DNA of 58,797 bases, counting the filler, from Sphacelaria rigidula (lineage: Eukaryota), in the NCBI GenBank assembly GCA_964200075.2. It is 5 parts of 5 records of this genome, joined end to end, with 100 filler letters (N's around TTAATTAATTAA, not from the genome) between each part and the next. Parts side by side here need not be neighbours in the genome. Positions count along the whole stretch, not along the records: positions 1 to 11,681 come from CAXNAA020004630.1; 4 more parts are not named here. One strand, written 5' to 3'. A model generated the notes under the pieces. The model made no database searches. It was not told the origin of the DNA and saw nothing but the letters and a program-made list of their open reading frames with translations. Below, piece by piece: positions 1 through 11,781 of this stretch; position 1 is the stretch's first letter; the number at the start of each line of letters is the position of its first letter. The translations under genes and the position numbers were made by a program.

Positions 1-2643
1 ACGAACAACTCGTTGATGTTCGGGTCGCGGGGCTGACCGGCGAAGTTCAACGGAAGAGCAGTGGCGAAAACAATCGGTAGCCAAATTTCAGATACGACAG
101 TAGTAGCTCGATGCAGTGAGAACATGACTACGAATACATCAACTTTTATGACATATCACCTTTTTCGGGAGGGGTATATATATAGATACACTATATATAT
201 CTCGAAAAGTTGATATGATACCAGGCTACTTGTATACTTCCCAAGTCCGACACTACCTGGGTGGGGGGGCACTCCCACCTTGGTGCCTATCCATACATTC
301 GCCGGATGTCTACCCTCGGTTGGGCATGTCTGACGGGTGGAGTGACTAGAAGCGCTGCACGAAACTAGAAATAGCGAAGTGCGTGGTTTAAGGTTCCTTC
401 CTGTCCTCTGGGGACGAAAAAAAAAAAGATATGTATGCCTTCGCTGCACACCAACGTGTCCCCTGTAGAAGAACTGCAACACTGTGGGCACGGTTCAGGT
501 CATGCCCCAGCAGGGATGCCCACGTTTGGGCCCCCAGTTGTTTCTCATCGAGGGGCTTCTAAAATAGTTTGGAGCTACGCAAATATATGGGTTAGGGCAT
601 TCCGGTTAAAAAAATTAATTCGGAACATCCCACGCCTTCTTGGAATGCTAGTCATGGCGTGCTCTCAAATCTCAAATCGAAAGTGAAATGTTTTGTGCTC
701 CCCTACGGTGGCATGACTACTTTACGCAACGTTTTTTTTTTCAAACGTTTCAAAACGCCAATCTAGGTACATGGCACCAGAAATCTACGGCAACGAGGAA
801 TACGACGGACGGCAAGCGGATATATGGTCCGTGGGGGCGACTCTGGTGGTCTGTCTGGCGGGAGAATACCCGTGGGAGGCGCCGACGCGAGTGCCAGTGC
901 CCCGACAAGAACTATTCCAGTGAGTTCGCGGTCACTTCGTGGTTGCATGTGAAGGAAAGTTCTTGATGCGTGGAGGATCTTTGTTTTAAGAAAGTAGCGC
1001 CATCAGTTGATAACCTCTCATTTGCCGTGAGGCTCGAGTTCTTGAGTTCATTTGTGGGCTACCGACAGCCACTATGCGAGGTTTTAGTGCGGGGGGTTTT
1101 CTTCAGGAAATCGTGCGTAAGTTCATATGTTAATGTTTCGAAAACGTTTTTCAGGCCCCAGTTCTCAATTGCCAAAGTTTTCAAGTGGTGGTGATACCTG
1201 TGAGCGTACGCGGTAGCACTCTTTCCCATCTTGTTCCCCTCGTGTTGGGATGAAAACCAAAACGAAAATCCACGTATCAGAAGCCATAGCGTGTCCATAT
1301 CGTCGCTCTGAAGCCTTGAAGCCTAATGCCCAAAGGGGAGAGGGAACTTGAGTTCTAGAGGCAGTAGTAGACTTTTTGGAGTGTACACTTGAGTTTATGT
1401 GTTAGACGTAGACGTCGAAAACTCCGTAAATAAAACCGATCTTTAGATGGGATACAAGCTGGGCCAGTCTCATAACGGATTCAAGCTCTCAAAGCAGTAT
1501 CTCATCGACACAGACGAGTTGGGCCATGATCTGCATCAATCATCAAATCAAATGTATTCTGAGCTTTAATGTCTTGCCGCTCCATACCGAAATCAAGTAA
1601 GTCGTGTCTACTTAGCCCATACTTCATCCGAATAATCAAATGGTCCTCTTCTGAACCGTTATTTCTACTAGACCCTCGGATCATTCCAGAGTCACCAATG
1701 CCATGTTTCAATCCACCCTTGCTTTTTTTTCACCTATCTTCATTTCAAGGCCCGGCAGCACTCTTGCGTGCTTGGCGAATTCTAAACAGCACAGGGAAAT
1801 AGCAGTCTTGAATATCCGTTAGATGGGTTAAACGGCGGTCATAGTTTTGGGGGTGATATGGTGGGGGGCTAACGCGGGATCACTTTTGCGTGCTTGGCGA
1901 AACACAACAGCGCGGGGAAACGGGAAATCGTATCGGAGATTGCAGCTGGAAATTGCCGACGAAAGCTGTGCCATTCGAAATGCGAAAAGCGGATCAGTAT
2001 CTCACCCACGTTCCGTTGCCGAGGAAAAGCTGTTCAGATATCGAAAATCCAAAATGCGGACACTATCCCACCCACAGTTCAGAGTGAAGCCATGCCCGCG
2101 ACAGGCTATATGTCCTCTCTCCCGGCTTCCGTCGATGGTTTGTCAACACGTACGTAGAACCAACCCTCCGGCGCGGGACTGATTTTTAGTCCCTGTACAC
2201 TCAGCGCTAATGCACACCCCGTGATCTGTGTTCGTCACCAATCCGTGTTGTACGACGTCGTACTGTCTGCTTCATGCGTGTCAGTTCGGCTATGTGCTGT
2301 AATGCATCACCATACTACAATGGTATTATCTGTCGACCGATGTGCTTCCACACATTACTCTGGAATCAAGATGGTCGGGGCAGGTGTCTCTACCAACGAA
2401 TTGGCACGAAATTTGGTGACATTTATGCAACACAAAACACGAGCGCTCACCGTACTCCCTTGCTTCATACCCTCGCAACATACCCCCGTTCGACGCAATT
2501 TGTTTTTCGGCAAATTATGGTGTTTACTCAACACCGGTTTGATTTCAAGGCTTCCCGAGTTATACAAAAAGTAGGTGGTGTCCGTTGGACCCTGTGCACC
2601 AATGTCCAGTGGAACTTGTTCTACTTTGCCAGCAGGTTCTCCC

Positions 2644-3000
2644 AACCTTTGGACCGCGAAAGTAGGTCACCTGCTGAATCGGCATCAATATTGACATGAA
2701 ATAAGTATGCGTGGTCCAAATGGACTACCCGCACCGCGGTCTAGGGGTTACTTTGCCTACACCTTTCAAGTGAAAATTGATGACGATTCAGCAGGTGACC
2801 TATCCTCCTCGCGATCCAAGTGTCAACCTTTAGACCGTGATGCTGATGGTTCTTCTGGATCACGCATACTTTTTTCAAGTAAATATTGATGCCGATTCCA
2901 CGGGTGACATACCCTCGTGGTCAAGGGACGCGACGGTAGGGTACCAGTGGAATCGGCATCAATTTCAGCCGAAAAAAGTATGTAATCCAGATGGACTACC
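2644..3000. mobile_element. Cluster of about four degenerate copies of a ~100-bp piggyBac-like MITE, in both orientations
   Basis: Repeated core GAATCGGCATCAAT...AAGTATGCGTGATCCAGATGGACTACC and termini resembling CCYTTRGACCGCGA / CGCGGTCTAGGGGTTA match the TTAA-flanked copy at 39785-39882. A further copy lies at ~3632-3735. Confidence 0.65.
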
Positions 3001-3016
3001 CCCCCCCCCCCCTACG

Positions 3017-3106
3017 AAAGGATTTATGTTCGCGGATGATTTTGTGGGAATTTCAGGGACAGCAGAAGGATTAGAAGAATATATCGACAGAGCGCTAGAA
3101 TACACA
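3017..3106 (+). mobile_element. Non-LTR retrotransposon reverse transcriptase fragment (FADD motif)
   Basis: Translates KGFMFADDFVGISGTAEGLEEYIDRALEYT, the catalytic [Y/F]ADD segment and following helix of LINE RTs. Followed by a (CA)n run. Confidence 0.75.
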
Positions 3107-3787
3107 CACACACACACACACACGTACGACCACGGTTGATATACTGCCTCACGGGTGTCTCATCGTTTGAACACCATTTACGTAGGGGGTCCTTCTAATC
3201 GAAAGGGTATTTTCTCTTTTTCAGCATCGCCTTTTGAAAGGGGACCATCCCCCAAACGACCACGTAGCCCCCCCGCGCCTCGCCCTCAATGTTGGAGGGT
3301 ATTTTTTCGAAAATCATCATGATTTTTGGGTTAGGGTTCGTTAAATATTGTTGAAGGAATTGATCAAGGAACACCGACAAAAAACGAAAATAATAGGTTG
3401 TGCGAAGTTTGTATATTTACTTCCGCTCCTTGCCTGCTCTGTCACGATGACCTCGGATTTCGGCCACGCTCACACACATGTATGCATTCGAGCGCACGGT
3501 AGCGACAGCCAGTAGCCAAATTAAGGAACAATATCTCACGCCTTGCGAAAGTAGCCCGGGCTGTTGGTAGGTGCTCGAGGCACTCACCACGGAACCAGTG
3601 CATTCCAAGTAGTATTTCAAGATATCTTATACCCTTTGACACCAACGTAGATTACCTGTTGAATCGGCGGCCAACTTCACTTGAACAGTATGCGTCATCC
3701 AGATGGACTACCGCATCGCGGTATAAGGATTGAAAAAATGGGCCACCGACAAGGTATAATCGGTTGCATTTCCACCTTGACACATCA

Positions 3788-3997
3788 GGGGTCTCTCAAA
3801 CCCGGTTCCCGGTTTCCTGGTTTGTTTTGTTCTAGATTTCCAAGTGAAAGTGATGGCGATTCATCAGATGATGAGACCCTTTGACCGTCGGATCAGGTCC
3901 TCCAATGAATCGCCGTCACTCTCACTTAAAAGAATTGTACAAAACCCAGAGCCAGCGAGTAAACCAGGAAACCGGGAACCGAGTTTTGAGATGCCTC
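3788..3997. mobile_element. Short foldback element (MITE)
   Basis: TIR GGGGTCTCTCAAACCCGGTTCCCGGTTTCCTGGTTT pairs with AAACCAGGAAACCGGGAACCGAGTTTTGAGATGCCTC. Inner arms AAGTGAAAGTGATGGCGATTCAT / ATGAATCGCCGTCACTCTCACTT. A related internal piece occurs at ~49715-49800. Confidence 0.7.
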
Positions 3998-4919
3998 CAT
4001 CAAGTGAGGGAGAACACTCCGATGCAGAGTTGCTGGTAGTGGGTGCAGCACGGACACTACGAGAGACCGCGCCACCTATGGTGCAAAGTTGCGTGTATCC
4101 CTTTCCTTACTATTTCACTGCTGTGCTGTGTGTGGCGTGCGGTCTGTTGTGTACTGCTACTGCCATATGTGGACAATGCTGTGTGGATCTGCTATAGCCG
4201 TGTATCGTCGACTTGCATAGGTCCCTCATTTGCTCCCGCACGCCGCAGGCAAAAAGATAGTGTTACACGACGTAAACCGACGTAAACGCCTCATTTGTTT
4301 CTGAAATACAGCTCATCTATCTCTATTCGTGTTGAAAATACTGGCTCGTGTGGTGTGGTACCGTCCTCAAGACGGACCAATTACCAATAGACAGTAGTAT
4401 GTGGCAGAGGTTGCACCGTGGTGGTCAGACCATTTGCTTATGCAGCACAAGATCGAAGAGAGGAATGGTGTTTGGCGCTCTTCACTTGGGTCAACAATAT
4501 CAAGCATCCTATTTTGAATGCAGAGGGCGTTGGCAGCCGAGGTGACTGAGTCCAAGCATTCTCGAATCTGGAACAACAAGCAAAGTTCTCTACACGTGTG
4601 TAAGACCAAATCGTTTTGTCCTACTCACCATATTTCATCGGCAAGATCAAATCGTGTTACGGTTAGACGTACCTGTCGTGATATGTGCACTGACCGGCCC
4701 CATTTTTGAAACACGAGAAACAGGGCGGATGCACCATAGTGGTACCGTTGTGCGGAACGCACGAGTCACGAAATAAGTTGAAAACAAAATCGCAACAACT
4801 TGCTATTGAACAAGACACTCGTAAGGCAGACTGCTAGGAAATATCACCCATATGTCGATTCCTTCGCGTATATTTCACTCGTTGTCCCCCCTCCTCCCCA
4901 CTCCCGCGCACACGCGCAG

Positions 4920-5109
4920 CTCGGATATTTATCGCTACAGCGATCTCGCGGAGTTCGGAGCGGAGGTGATGTTGAGCAGGATGAATCTTGCCCCACCACG
5001 AGTATCGAGAGAAGCTGTCAGCCTCGTGTGTGATATGTTGATCATCGACCGCACTATTCGTCCACACAATGCACAACTTCTTGCACGACACCCGTTCTGC
5101 ATGGAGTGA
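4920..5109 (+). CDS. Terminal exon of a Ser/Thr protein kinase (subdomains X-XI)
   Basis: Pyrimidine-rich tract and GCAG acceptor ending at 4919. Encodes ...VSREAVSLVCDMLIIDRTIRPHNAQLLARHPFCME*, matching the kinase C-lobe pattern S.EA..L...ML..D...R.....L..HP[WF]. Upstream exons not securely found. Confidence 0.65.
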
Positions 5110-5975
5110 TATCTAGAATACAGGTGTATGTGTGTGCGCGCGAAGTTGCACTGTGAAATGTGCTGGTACTGTAGTGGCTCTAGAGCTTCGTTGAACGTGA
5201 ATATTGATTAGTATAATAACCATTTTCGTTTATCGTGTGCGGGTTTTGCTAGGGAGGGCGCAGAGGGGGAGGGGGTGGAGGGGGGGTGATGCTACCATGC
5301 TGATGTGATGGTTATTCCGAAATTTTGTTAAAGTGATTTACGTTGGGGCGCCTTGTTTTTTTGGTGTTGACGTGTTTGGTGTTGTCTGTCGTAGCCGTGT
5401 GCGCTAGAAATCGGCGTGCACTCCTATTGTTCTCGTGTTTGTCCACCGGCTGTGAAATGTTGGTGCTGTGTACACCTTGTGGCCTTGCGGGCATTTACGC
5501 TGTGTCGTTGGTCGTGAGGAGGAAGCAGAATCAGGGGGTTCAGTCATAGCCGATGAGCAGATCGAGATCATCATAACCTGAGCGTGGTGTGCTTGGGGAT
5601 GGCGCTAGCCCTGTATTTTGATATTAACGTGTTGTAACCAGGAGCATGTTGTATTTTGTATGCGAAATCCATTCCATTCCAAAGGGGTCTTTGTCGCGGG
5701 GCACACAAGAAAATGTAGGCTGCGGCACAAGGACGCGCAGAATCAATGCATGACAGCCATTACACGTTGTGAAGTATCGGTTGCACGGCATTTAGAAACG
5801 AAGTTGTGGTGCATGCTACACTAAGTGTTCCCTCTGTTGACCCACGTCACTTTGTCGAAAACCGCTGTACCCGACCGGGCCACCGATGGTGGCGTCGCAG
5901 TGTCTCTCGGGACCCCCAAGCACGTGGCTCATGTCTCCTTATAGTGAAAAATCCAAAAAGGTCCATCAGGAATTA

Positions 5976-6418
5976 CTAGGGATTGACCGCCGCGGTCCTC
6001 CAAAAAGATGCCTGTGCCTCCGAACTCGAGTCGCCGTGTTGCCCTTCAACCAACGTATGAGAATGTCTGGTCTGTCCACCTTTGAGCACCAAGTGATCCA
6101 CCTGAGATGGCCACAAAAGCACCAGGCAAAAGTCGTCGGCAGGTTCGGCCACGTCAGACGAGACTTTTGTTTCTTGGATATCTTGTTCGGCCGCCGCTGG
6201 CGCCGCATCGCCTTGTTGTTGCTCCTCGTCTGCAATCTCCAATCCTGGTATGAGATTGCTGGCGAACGATGCTCGCGAGGCGGGGCTGATTTGCGTCCAC
6301 TGGTGATTCCTTGCCTTGATGAGCTTCGGATCAACTTCTGACACGCTCACGACTTGAAGCCGCCCCTTCACTCGGAATTGCTCGCGCGTCTCGCGCAGGT
6401 AAAAAGCTACCTCGCCCA
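5976..6418 (-). CDS. Terminal exon of a pyridoxamine 5'-phosphate oxidase-related FMN-binding protein (Alr4036 / Pyridox_oxase_2-like)
   Basis: Acceptor ttttttctttgtcgctggtgtttgcag ends at 6419. Encodes GEVAFYLRETREQFRVKGRL...ARNHQWTQISPASRASF...PG...DDFCLVLLWPSQVDHLVLKGGQTRH...FWRTAAVNP*, which has the family's EQFR.G, F.L..L.P..VD.L.L and terminal W...VNP motifs. N-terminal exon(s) not identified. Confidence 0.85.
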
Positions 6419-6940
6419 CTGCAAACACCAGCGACAAAGAAAAAAGTGAAACGCAGTATGTGTCTGACAGGAACTCTGGTTATGTCCATTCATCGAAGCG
6501 TTGAGTTTCACCCGCTTATTGGAAGTGTTGAGCAGAAGAATGTCGAGATCATACACGGCGGGGCGGTCCTCGCCTGTCTGCTCTGGAGTGATGCCGCGAT
6601 AGCCCAGCCCCAAAACTGTCACGACAGAGATGGCCATACAAGACATGATAGATGGTTTCAGACTGTATGAAGCGCCTCACATGGGCGATGTTGACGAAAA
6701 CAATTCCAAGCGTGGGAGTCCTCAGCTACTGGGTGTGCAAATGTCATTTTGGTTCGCACGTAAAGTTAGCCTCAAAACTAGCCACTTTTCTTGTGGTGAA
6801 GGGGTTATCGCGCCATCACTCTTTGCAACTACAGGAATCGACCCGATGTCATATCTCCCGATTTCACGGCAAATGGGTATACTGTAGGTCGGTGTTTTCC
6901 CTCGGGCAATAAACAAAAAATAGTTTGTCATCGTCATATT

Positions 6941-8085
6941 CTTGGAGCGAACAAGGGTAACGCATTTTCCGGTTTTTGGGGCGGCGCTACACGCGGGCTG
7001 AACACCTCGAAAACACGTGCTAGCACCGCAACCTCACGCACAGGGTGTCTGAGCAGCATACCCTACCATTTCTTCATTTCTCCACACGTGGTACTAGGCC
7101 CAACCACGACCCGAAAAAGGAGAGCCTGTGAGAGTATACCCTTTTTCGTATACGAACAAGGAGGGCACATCCTACTGTGCTAAAAATCATCTCTTACCCC
7201 TAATTGTTCACGTGTGTACCCTTTGATGGTCAAGCGCATGCCATTCTTTACCCTTCTTCGTGAAGTGGTGATCGTACCGCCGGCTCCGCAGAAAATACGC
7301 CGAACGGTCACAACCACACCCATTTTGTTGTGAAAAGTACACCCCGCCACAAAGGCCAAAACTCAACGACCAATATAGTGTAGCCACCTGCTGGTTGATC
7401 CGCAGATCCGGAAGATCTGACGATGCACCCAGGGCGCGAACGTATTTGTGCCGGAGCTCACAAGATCCAACGGCAAAATGCAGATCCCGCAACGGCTTGA
7501 TGATCCACATGCCGTTCCGGCGTGTGTACGCCAAGAAGATTTTTCACACACGATCGTTGGACCTTAGTGAGCTCCGGCACACAAACTTTTGCGCCCTGCA
7601 TTTATCGTCGGACCTTCCGGGTCTGTGGGCCAACAAGCAGGGTGCTATACTTTCTCGATCGTTGGGTTTCGGCCTTTTTGGCGGCGTGCGATTTCACAAA
7701 AACATGGGTATGGCTGTGAATGTTCGGCGTATCTTCTGCGGAGCCAGCGGTGCGGTCACCACACTACAAAGAAGGGTGAAAAAGGGTATGCTTGAGCATT
7801 AAAGGGTACACACGTGAACAAATAAGGGTAAAATATGATATTTTTGGCGAAGACGGTGTAACCTCCTTGTTTGTACACGAAAAAGGGTACTCTCACAGGC
7901 TCTCCTGTTTCCGAATTGTGGCCAAGCCTATTACTACGTGTAAGAAAATAAAGAAATGGTCGGGGATGCTGCCAAGACACGTTGTGCGTGGGGTTGAGGC
8001 CCTGGAACGTGTTTTCGAGGTGTTCCGCACGCGTGCAGCGCCGCACCCAAAACCGGGAAATGTGCTACCCTTGCTTGTTCCCAAA
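6941..8085. mobile_element. Large foldback element with ~530-bp diverged inverted arms
   Basis: 6941-7472 is the reverse complement of ~7553-8085. Examples: TGTTCACGTGTGTACCCTTT / AAAGGGTACACACGTGAACA and GGAGAGCCTGTGAGAGTA / TACTCTCACAGGCTCTCC. Spacer ~80 bp; no recognisable protein. Confidence 0.8.
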
Positions 8086-8484
8086 ACCTGGGGTGTATAC
8101 CCTTTTTTGTGCACTGTCCTTTTTGCTTCCGCATCACTGGCCGTGGGTTTGCGTTGGTTCCGCTACAGTATTGCACCGCCAAATGTGCACAAGATGGGAC
8201 ATGGAAGGCCGATAGTCACGGGTGCGAAGACACAACCGTCGATTAGATTACCTGCTGCTCACATTTTTTTTATTATTTTTATGCTCACAAATCCGACGAT
8301 TTTCAAGTCTTTCCTGCGCCACCGCCGTACGCGGACGAAGCACACCAGACCGGTAGCTTGAAGGACACTCACGAAGTCCTCCATGAATAAAGTTTTGTTT
8401 CAACTTTGAACGACAAGAATGGCCGCGGATAAAGTTTTGTTTCACCCTTGACGGGCGAAAATGGCGCGGATAATGGCCTATTCT

Positions 8485-9748
8485 CGGAGCTCGCCTCACG
8501 GGCGGTGTGCGGACGTGAAGAAAGCTTCATCGCTTGCGAGTTATGTAACAGCATATATTGCAGGCGATTTCTACCGGAAAAAAGTGCCGGATCGGTAGTG
8601 CACGACGAAGTTCGTGAAGGGCTATGTACATGCGGGCCCACCCCGTCTGCACTGGTCTGAACACAAGTGATACAGTACAGCACATCATGTACTGTGGTTA
8701 GAGACTGCGCACCACCCGCATCAGTGACGCCTGTAGCTGCACAACGTGCTCGATGCACAGCAGCAACGTGCAAGGTGATATGGCACACCGCAGAACGGAA
8801 AATCCTTCTTATATCTTTGCCCTGCAGTGATTTCTACCCGTCTTCAGCAGTTCACCACAATATGTACCCAGCCGCTTCTGCTGCCGTTCATGTGTACGGG
8901 TAATACCACCCGTCGTAGGTCCAGGTTTTTGTAACCCGACCGTCTTGCAGCTGTACTCGACAACAGATTTCAGTACTGTGCGGAGTGCACTTTTTTAAAG
9001 CTGAACAGAAGTACCGTGTCCATCTTCGTAAATTTTCACGTGTAACGTTGGGCAGTAGGACCGTGGCGTTGTCGTCAAAATATGGCCGAAGTGGAAGTGA
9101 GGAAATCACCGAAATATTCACGTGCAAAGCCGTTGCGGAGATAATTCAAGTTGATCAGGCTAGAAGAATACCAGTGCAACGCCCACTCCGGCTGCCAGCC
9201 TGTTTTCACGGCCGGGTCGGTAGTGGTATGACTGTACCGGGATGTCGCCTCCAGTACCAGGTACGCCGGCAACGGCCCGTCGCGCAACCCACTGGTCGCA
9301 CGACAGGAGCTTAACCTTCGACTGTCGACCATTTTGGAGCGGAAATGTTCACCTCCCAACCCATATATATATATATATGGCGGACCATAAACGATTGTTG
9401 TTTGCTGAGTTTCTTCAAGCGTACATCCCTAACTGGGCAAATAATGATGCGGGGCCGGCGGGATCCATTGCACAGTCAGCGTACTCAACTGTCGCTGTAC
9501 CCACTATAATCGTCATCAGACAGCAGGGTATTAGAAAACGTGATCGCGCACCCTATGATTATCCACCGTATGAATGCAGACCGGGTCATCACCGACTTCC
9601 GCTGCTGTAGCTGTGACAGTGACACCTTCCTCTAATACCAATCTACACATCCTCAACGTTTCGGCATAATCTGACGCGGAGTGCGGATGCTCTTCACGCC
9701 TAAGATGCCAAAACACCGCCTCCATATTATCGAAAAGGAATAACACTG
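8485..9748 (+). mobile_element. Non-autonomous TIR element, copy 1 (right end present)
   Basis: Blocks 8485-8657 and 9083-9345 are homologous to 18908-19077 and 19532-19800 in contig 2. The end 9716-9748 is the reverse complement (28/32) of the start of copy 2 at 18762-18793. Confidence 0.6.
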
Positions 9749-9793
9749 TATATTGTTTTGTGAAGGAAACTTAGATGGTATCTACAGATATTA

Positions 9794-10257
9794 GGCTACT
9801 TCTTATGTATAAAAAAATAAAAGTTGTTGAAAAGTGCATTTCATGACCCTTCTCCGTCGTTTTCCCCCGAAATGAGGGCTAGGCGGCTGTTGGCACCTTG
9901 GGATGACTTGCTCTACTCGCTGAGACGGTTCCAGATCACCTTTGCGTTTCCCGTAGGTCACGGCTTGTTTTTGGCCAAACTTGCACTTTCAGTAACAAAC
10001 GGTCAAGTTACCGAGAAAATGCCCCCTGTTTTTAGATAACTTGACCGTTTGTTATTGAAAATGCAAGTTTTGCCAAAAACAAAACCGTGACCTACGGGAA
10101 ACGCAAAGGTGCTCTGGAACCGTCTCAGCGAGTAGAGCAAGTCATCCCAAGGTGTCAACAGCCGCTCAGCCCTATTTTCGGGGGAAAACGACCGAGAAGG
10201 GCCAAAAATGCACTTTTCAACAAGCTTTGGTTTTCGATACATGAGAAGTAAGTAGCC
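9794..10257. mobile_element. PIF/Harbinger (Tourist-like) foldback MITE with TTA target-site duplication
   Basis: ~220-bp highly similar inverted arms from GGCTACTT to AAGTAGCC, a ~26-bp loop, and TTA on both sides (9791-9793 and 10258-10260). Confidence 0.8.
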
Positions 10258-10282
10258 TTAAGGGGAACAAATCAGTATACGC

Positions 10283-10385
10283 GATCCTGTGTTGACCGTC
10301 CTTCTGTGTGACCCCGGATGATGCGCCCGCATATACCGAAAGGTGTAGACTGGCGTCCAGAATAGATAGTATGACAAAACACACG
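10283..10385 (+). mobile_element. 3' fragment of the tRNA-derived SINE family
   Basis: CTGTGTGACCCCGG...GCGCCC..ATATACCG...GGCGTCCAG matches the reverse complement of 45370-45465 and ends in an AC-rich tail. Confidence 0.6.
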
Positions 10386-10829
10386 TACGATGACGCAACA
10401 TATTGTACCGATACTTATTACTATAGTCATTTGAATCTATTATATTTGTGGCATTTACTCTCAGTCATCTCAATTCGACGAATGGCGTCGGCATTGCTGG
10501 TCCCAAGTCGCATGTCTTCTTCATGCTATTTTGCTGTGGAAAGGAATGAGACCACCTCTTGAGGGACCAGTTCAACTCAAAATCGCACCCGTTGTTGAAC
10601 GAAATGTGGGAAACCGCGCATCATGCAACAACAGCAGCGGCAATTTTGAACAAAAGTGACCCGAAGATTTGGACTTCGGCGCCTGGTCAAAATGGGCACC
10701 TCATTTTGAGCCCCCAACCAAAGTTGACGAGCTTTTCAAATCGGGCGAAGAAGTGAAGTATTGGACGTACTCATGCTTTACTTCAACGCAGCACAAACGC
10801 ACTCACACCCTCCCTCATGTCCTGTAGCT

Positions 10830-11407
10830 GTGACTGTACTGTGGTGTGTTCAGGCCTTGCGAAGGCGGTTTGGTGTCAACTGGGATTGCCTGAGCCGCTG
10901 CCATACTTTTGCTGTGTTCCGCTCTGTACAAGATACCCGTAGTCGGCACGCAGTGCTGTTTTGTCAAAGTTGAAAATTCAATGATGTGTTCGTTGGACGT
11001 TGCGTATTTCGCAACAAGGCGCCTCGTGCCTAAACCCATCATTCCTGTGCTGTCGCTGACACTGTACGAGTAGTGCGCTTGGACCCTGGGACTACGGTTC
11101 GATCTGTGCTGGGGGTTGCCTGAACTGCTGTACTCTTGTTGTGTCCCGGCCGGCACACAAACTGCAGTCGACACGAAGTCCTCTTTACACACTATTGGAA
11201 ACGCCATGGTGTGTTGGCTGTTGCGTCTTCAGCAAAACGGACACGGCGCATCGTACCCACACTCATTTTCATGCTGTAGTTGTCGATATACTCCGGTGTG
11301 CTTGAACCTTGTGGGGACGGTTCGATCTGTGGTGGGCACTGCCTGAGATGCTGTGCTGCTGCTGTATTCCGGTCTGTACAGAAATGGGGTGGGCACACAG
11401 TGCTTTC
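10830..11407. repeat. Three degenerate direct repeats with ~230-bp period
   Basis: The motif CGGTT(C/T)G.T.TG...GGG...GCCTGA...GCTG recurs near 10865, 11095 and 11318. Confidence 0.5.
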
Positions 11408-11485
11408 TGTTGAGTAACCGATTGACTGCTGAGCTAATCAGCCAGCGCTGGCTGATTAGCTCAGCAGTCAATCGGTTACTCAACA
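11408..11485. repeat. 78-bp perfect palindrome with no spacer
   Basis: TGTTGAGTAACCGATTGACTGCTGAGCTAATCAGCCAGC | GCTGGCTGATTAGCTCAGCAGTCAATCGGTTACTCAACA, centred between 11446 and 11447. Confidence 0.95.
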
Positions 11486-11681
11486 AAAGCCAAGTTCGAT
11501 GGGTCCGATGCATAACCCCGAGCACTCACGCCCCAGGGTTGCCATCCCTGTAACCAACGCTGCGCTGGTGAGTCCAACCGGTTTGACTTCGACTGCGCTC
11601 TCGATGGGTCTTACGTCGAACTTCTTTGGCTCGCACCCGGTGCTCATTTTTACCAAAGGATCCTTATGACTGTCCTGGGGA

Positions 11682-11781
11682 NNNNNNNNNNNNNNNNNNN
11701 NNNNNNNNNNNNNNNNNNNNNNNNNTTAATTAATTAANNNNNNNNNNNNNNNNNNNNNNNNNNNNNNNNNNNNNNNNNNNN
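11682..11781. other. Artificial contig linker (N44-TTAATTAATTAA-N44)
   Basis: Exactly 100 bp with a central TTAATTAATTAA at 11726-11737 that puts stops in all six frames. Identical to the other three gaps. Confidence 0.97.

Noticed and set aside
1059-1711. Minus-strand ORFs as a tyrosine-recombinase or viral remnant
   Set aside because: The composition looks protein-like, but I could identify no catalytic or family motif.
4040-4080. Penultimate kinase exon (WVQHGHYERPRHL, joinable in phase to 4920)
   Set aside because: Weak acceptor with no pyrimidine tract and no subdomain IX motif, so support is insufficient.
11447-11500. Hammerhead ribozyme (Penelope-type) at CTGATTAG
   Set aside because: The core should be CTGANGA...GAAA. 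Here it is CTGATTA, and no properly placed GAAA or stems were found.
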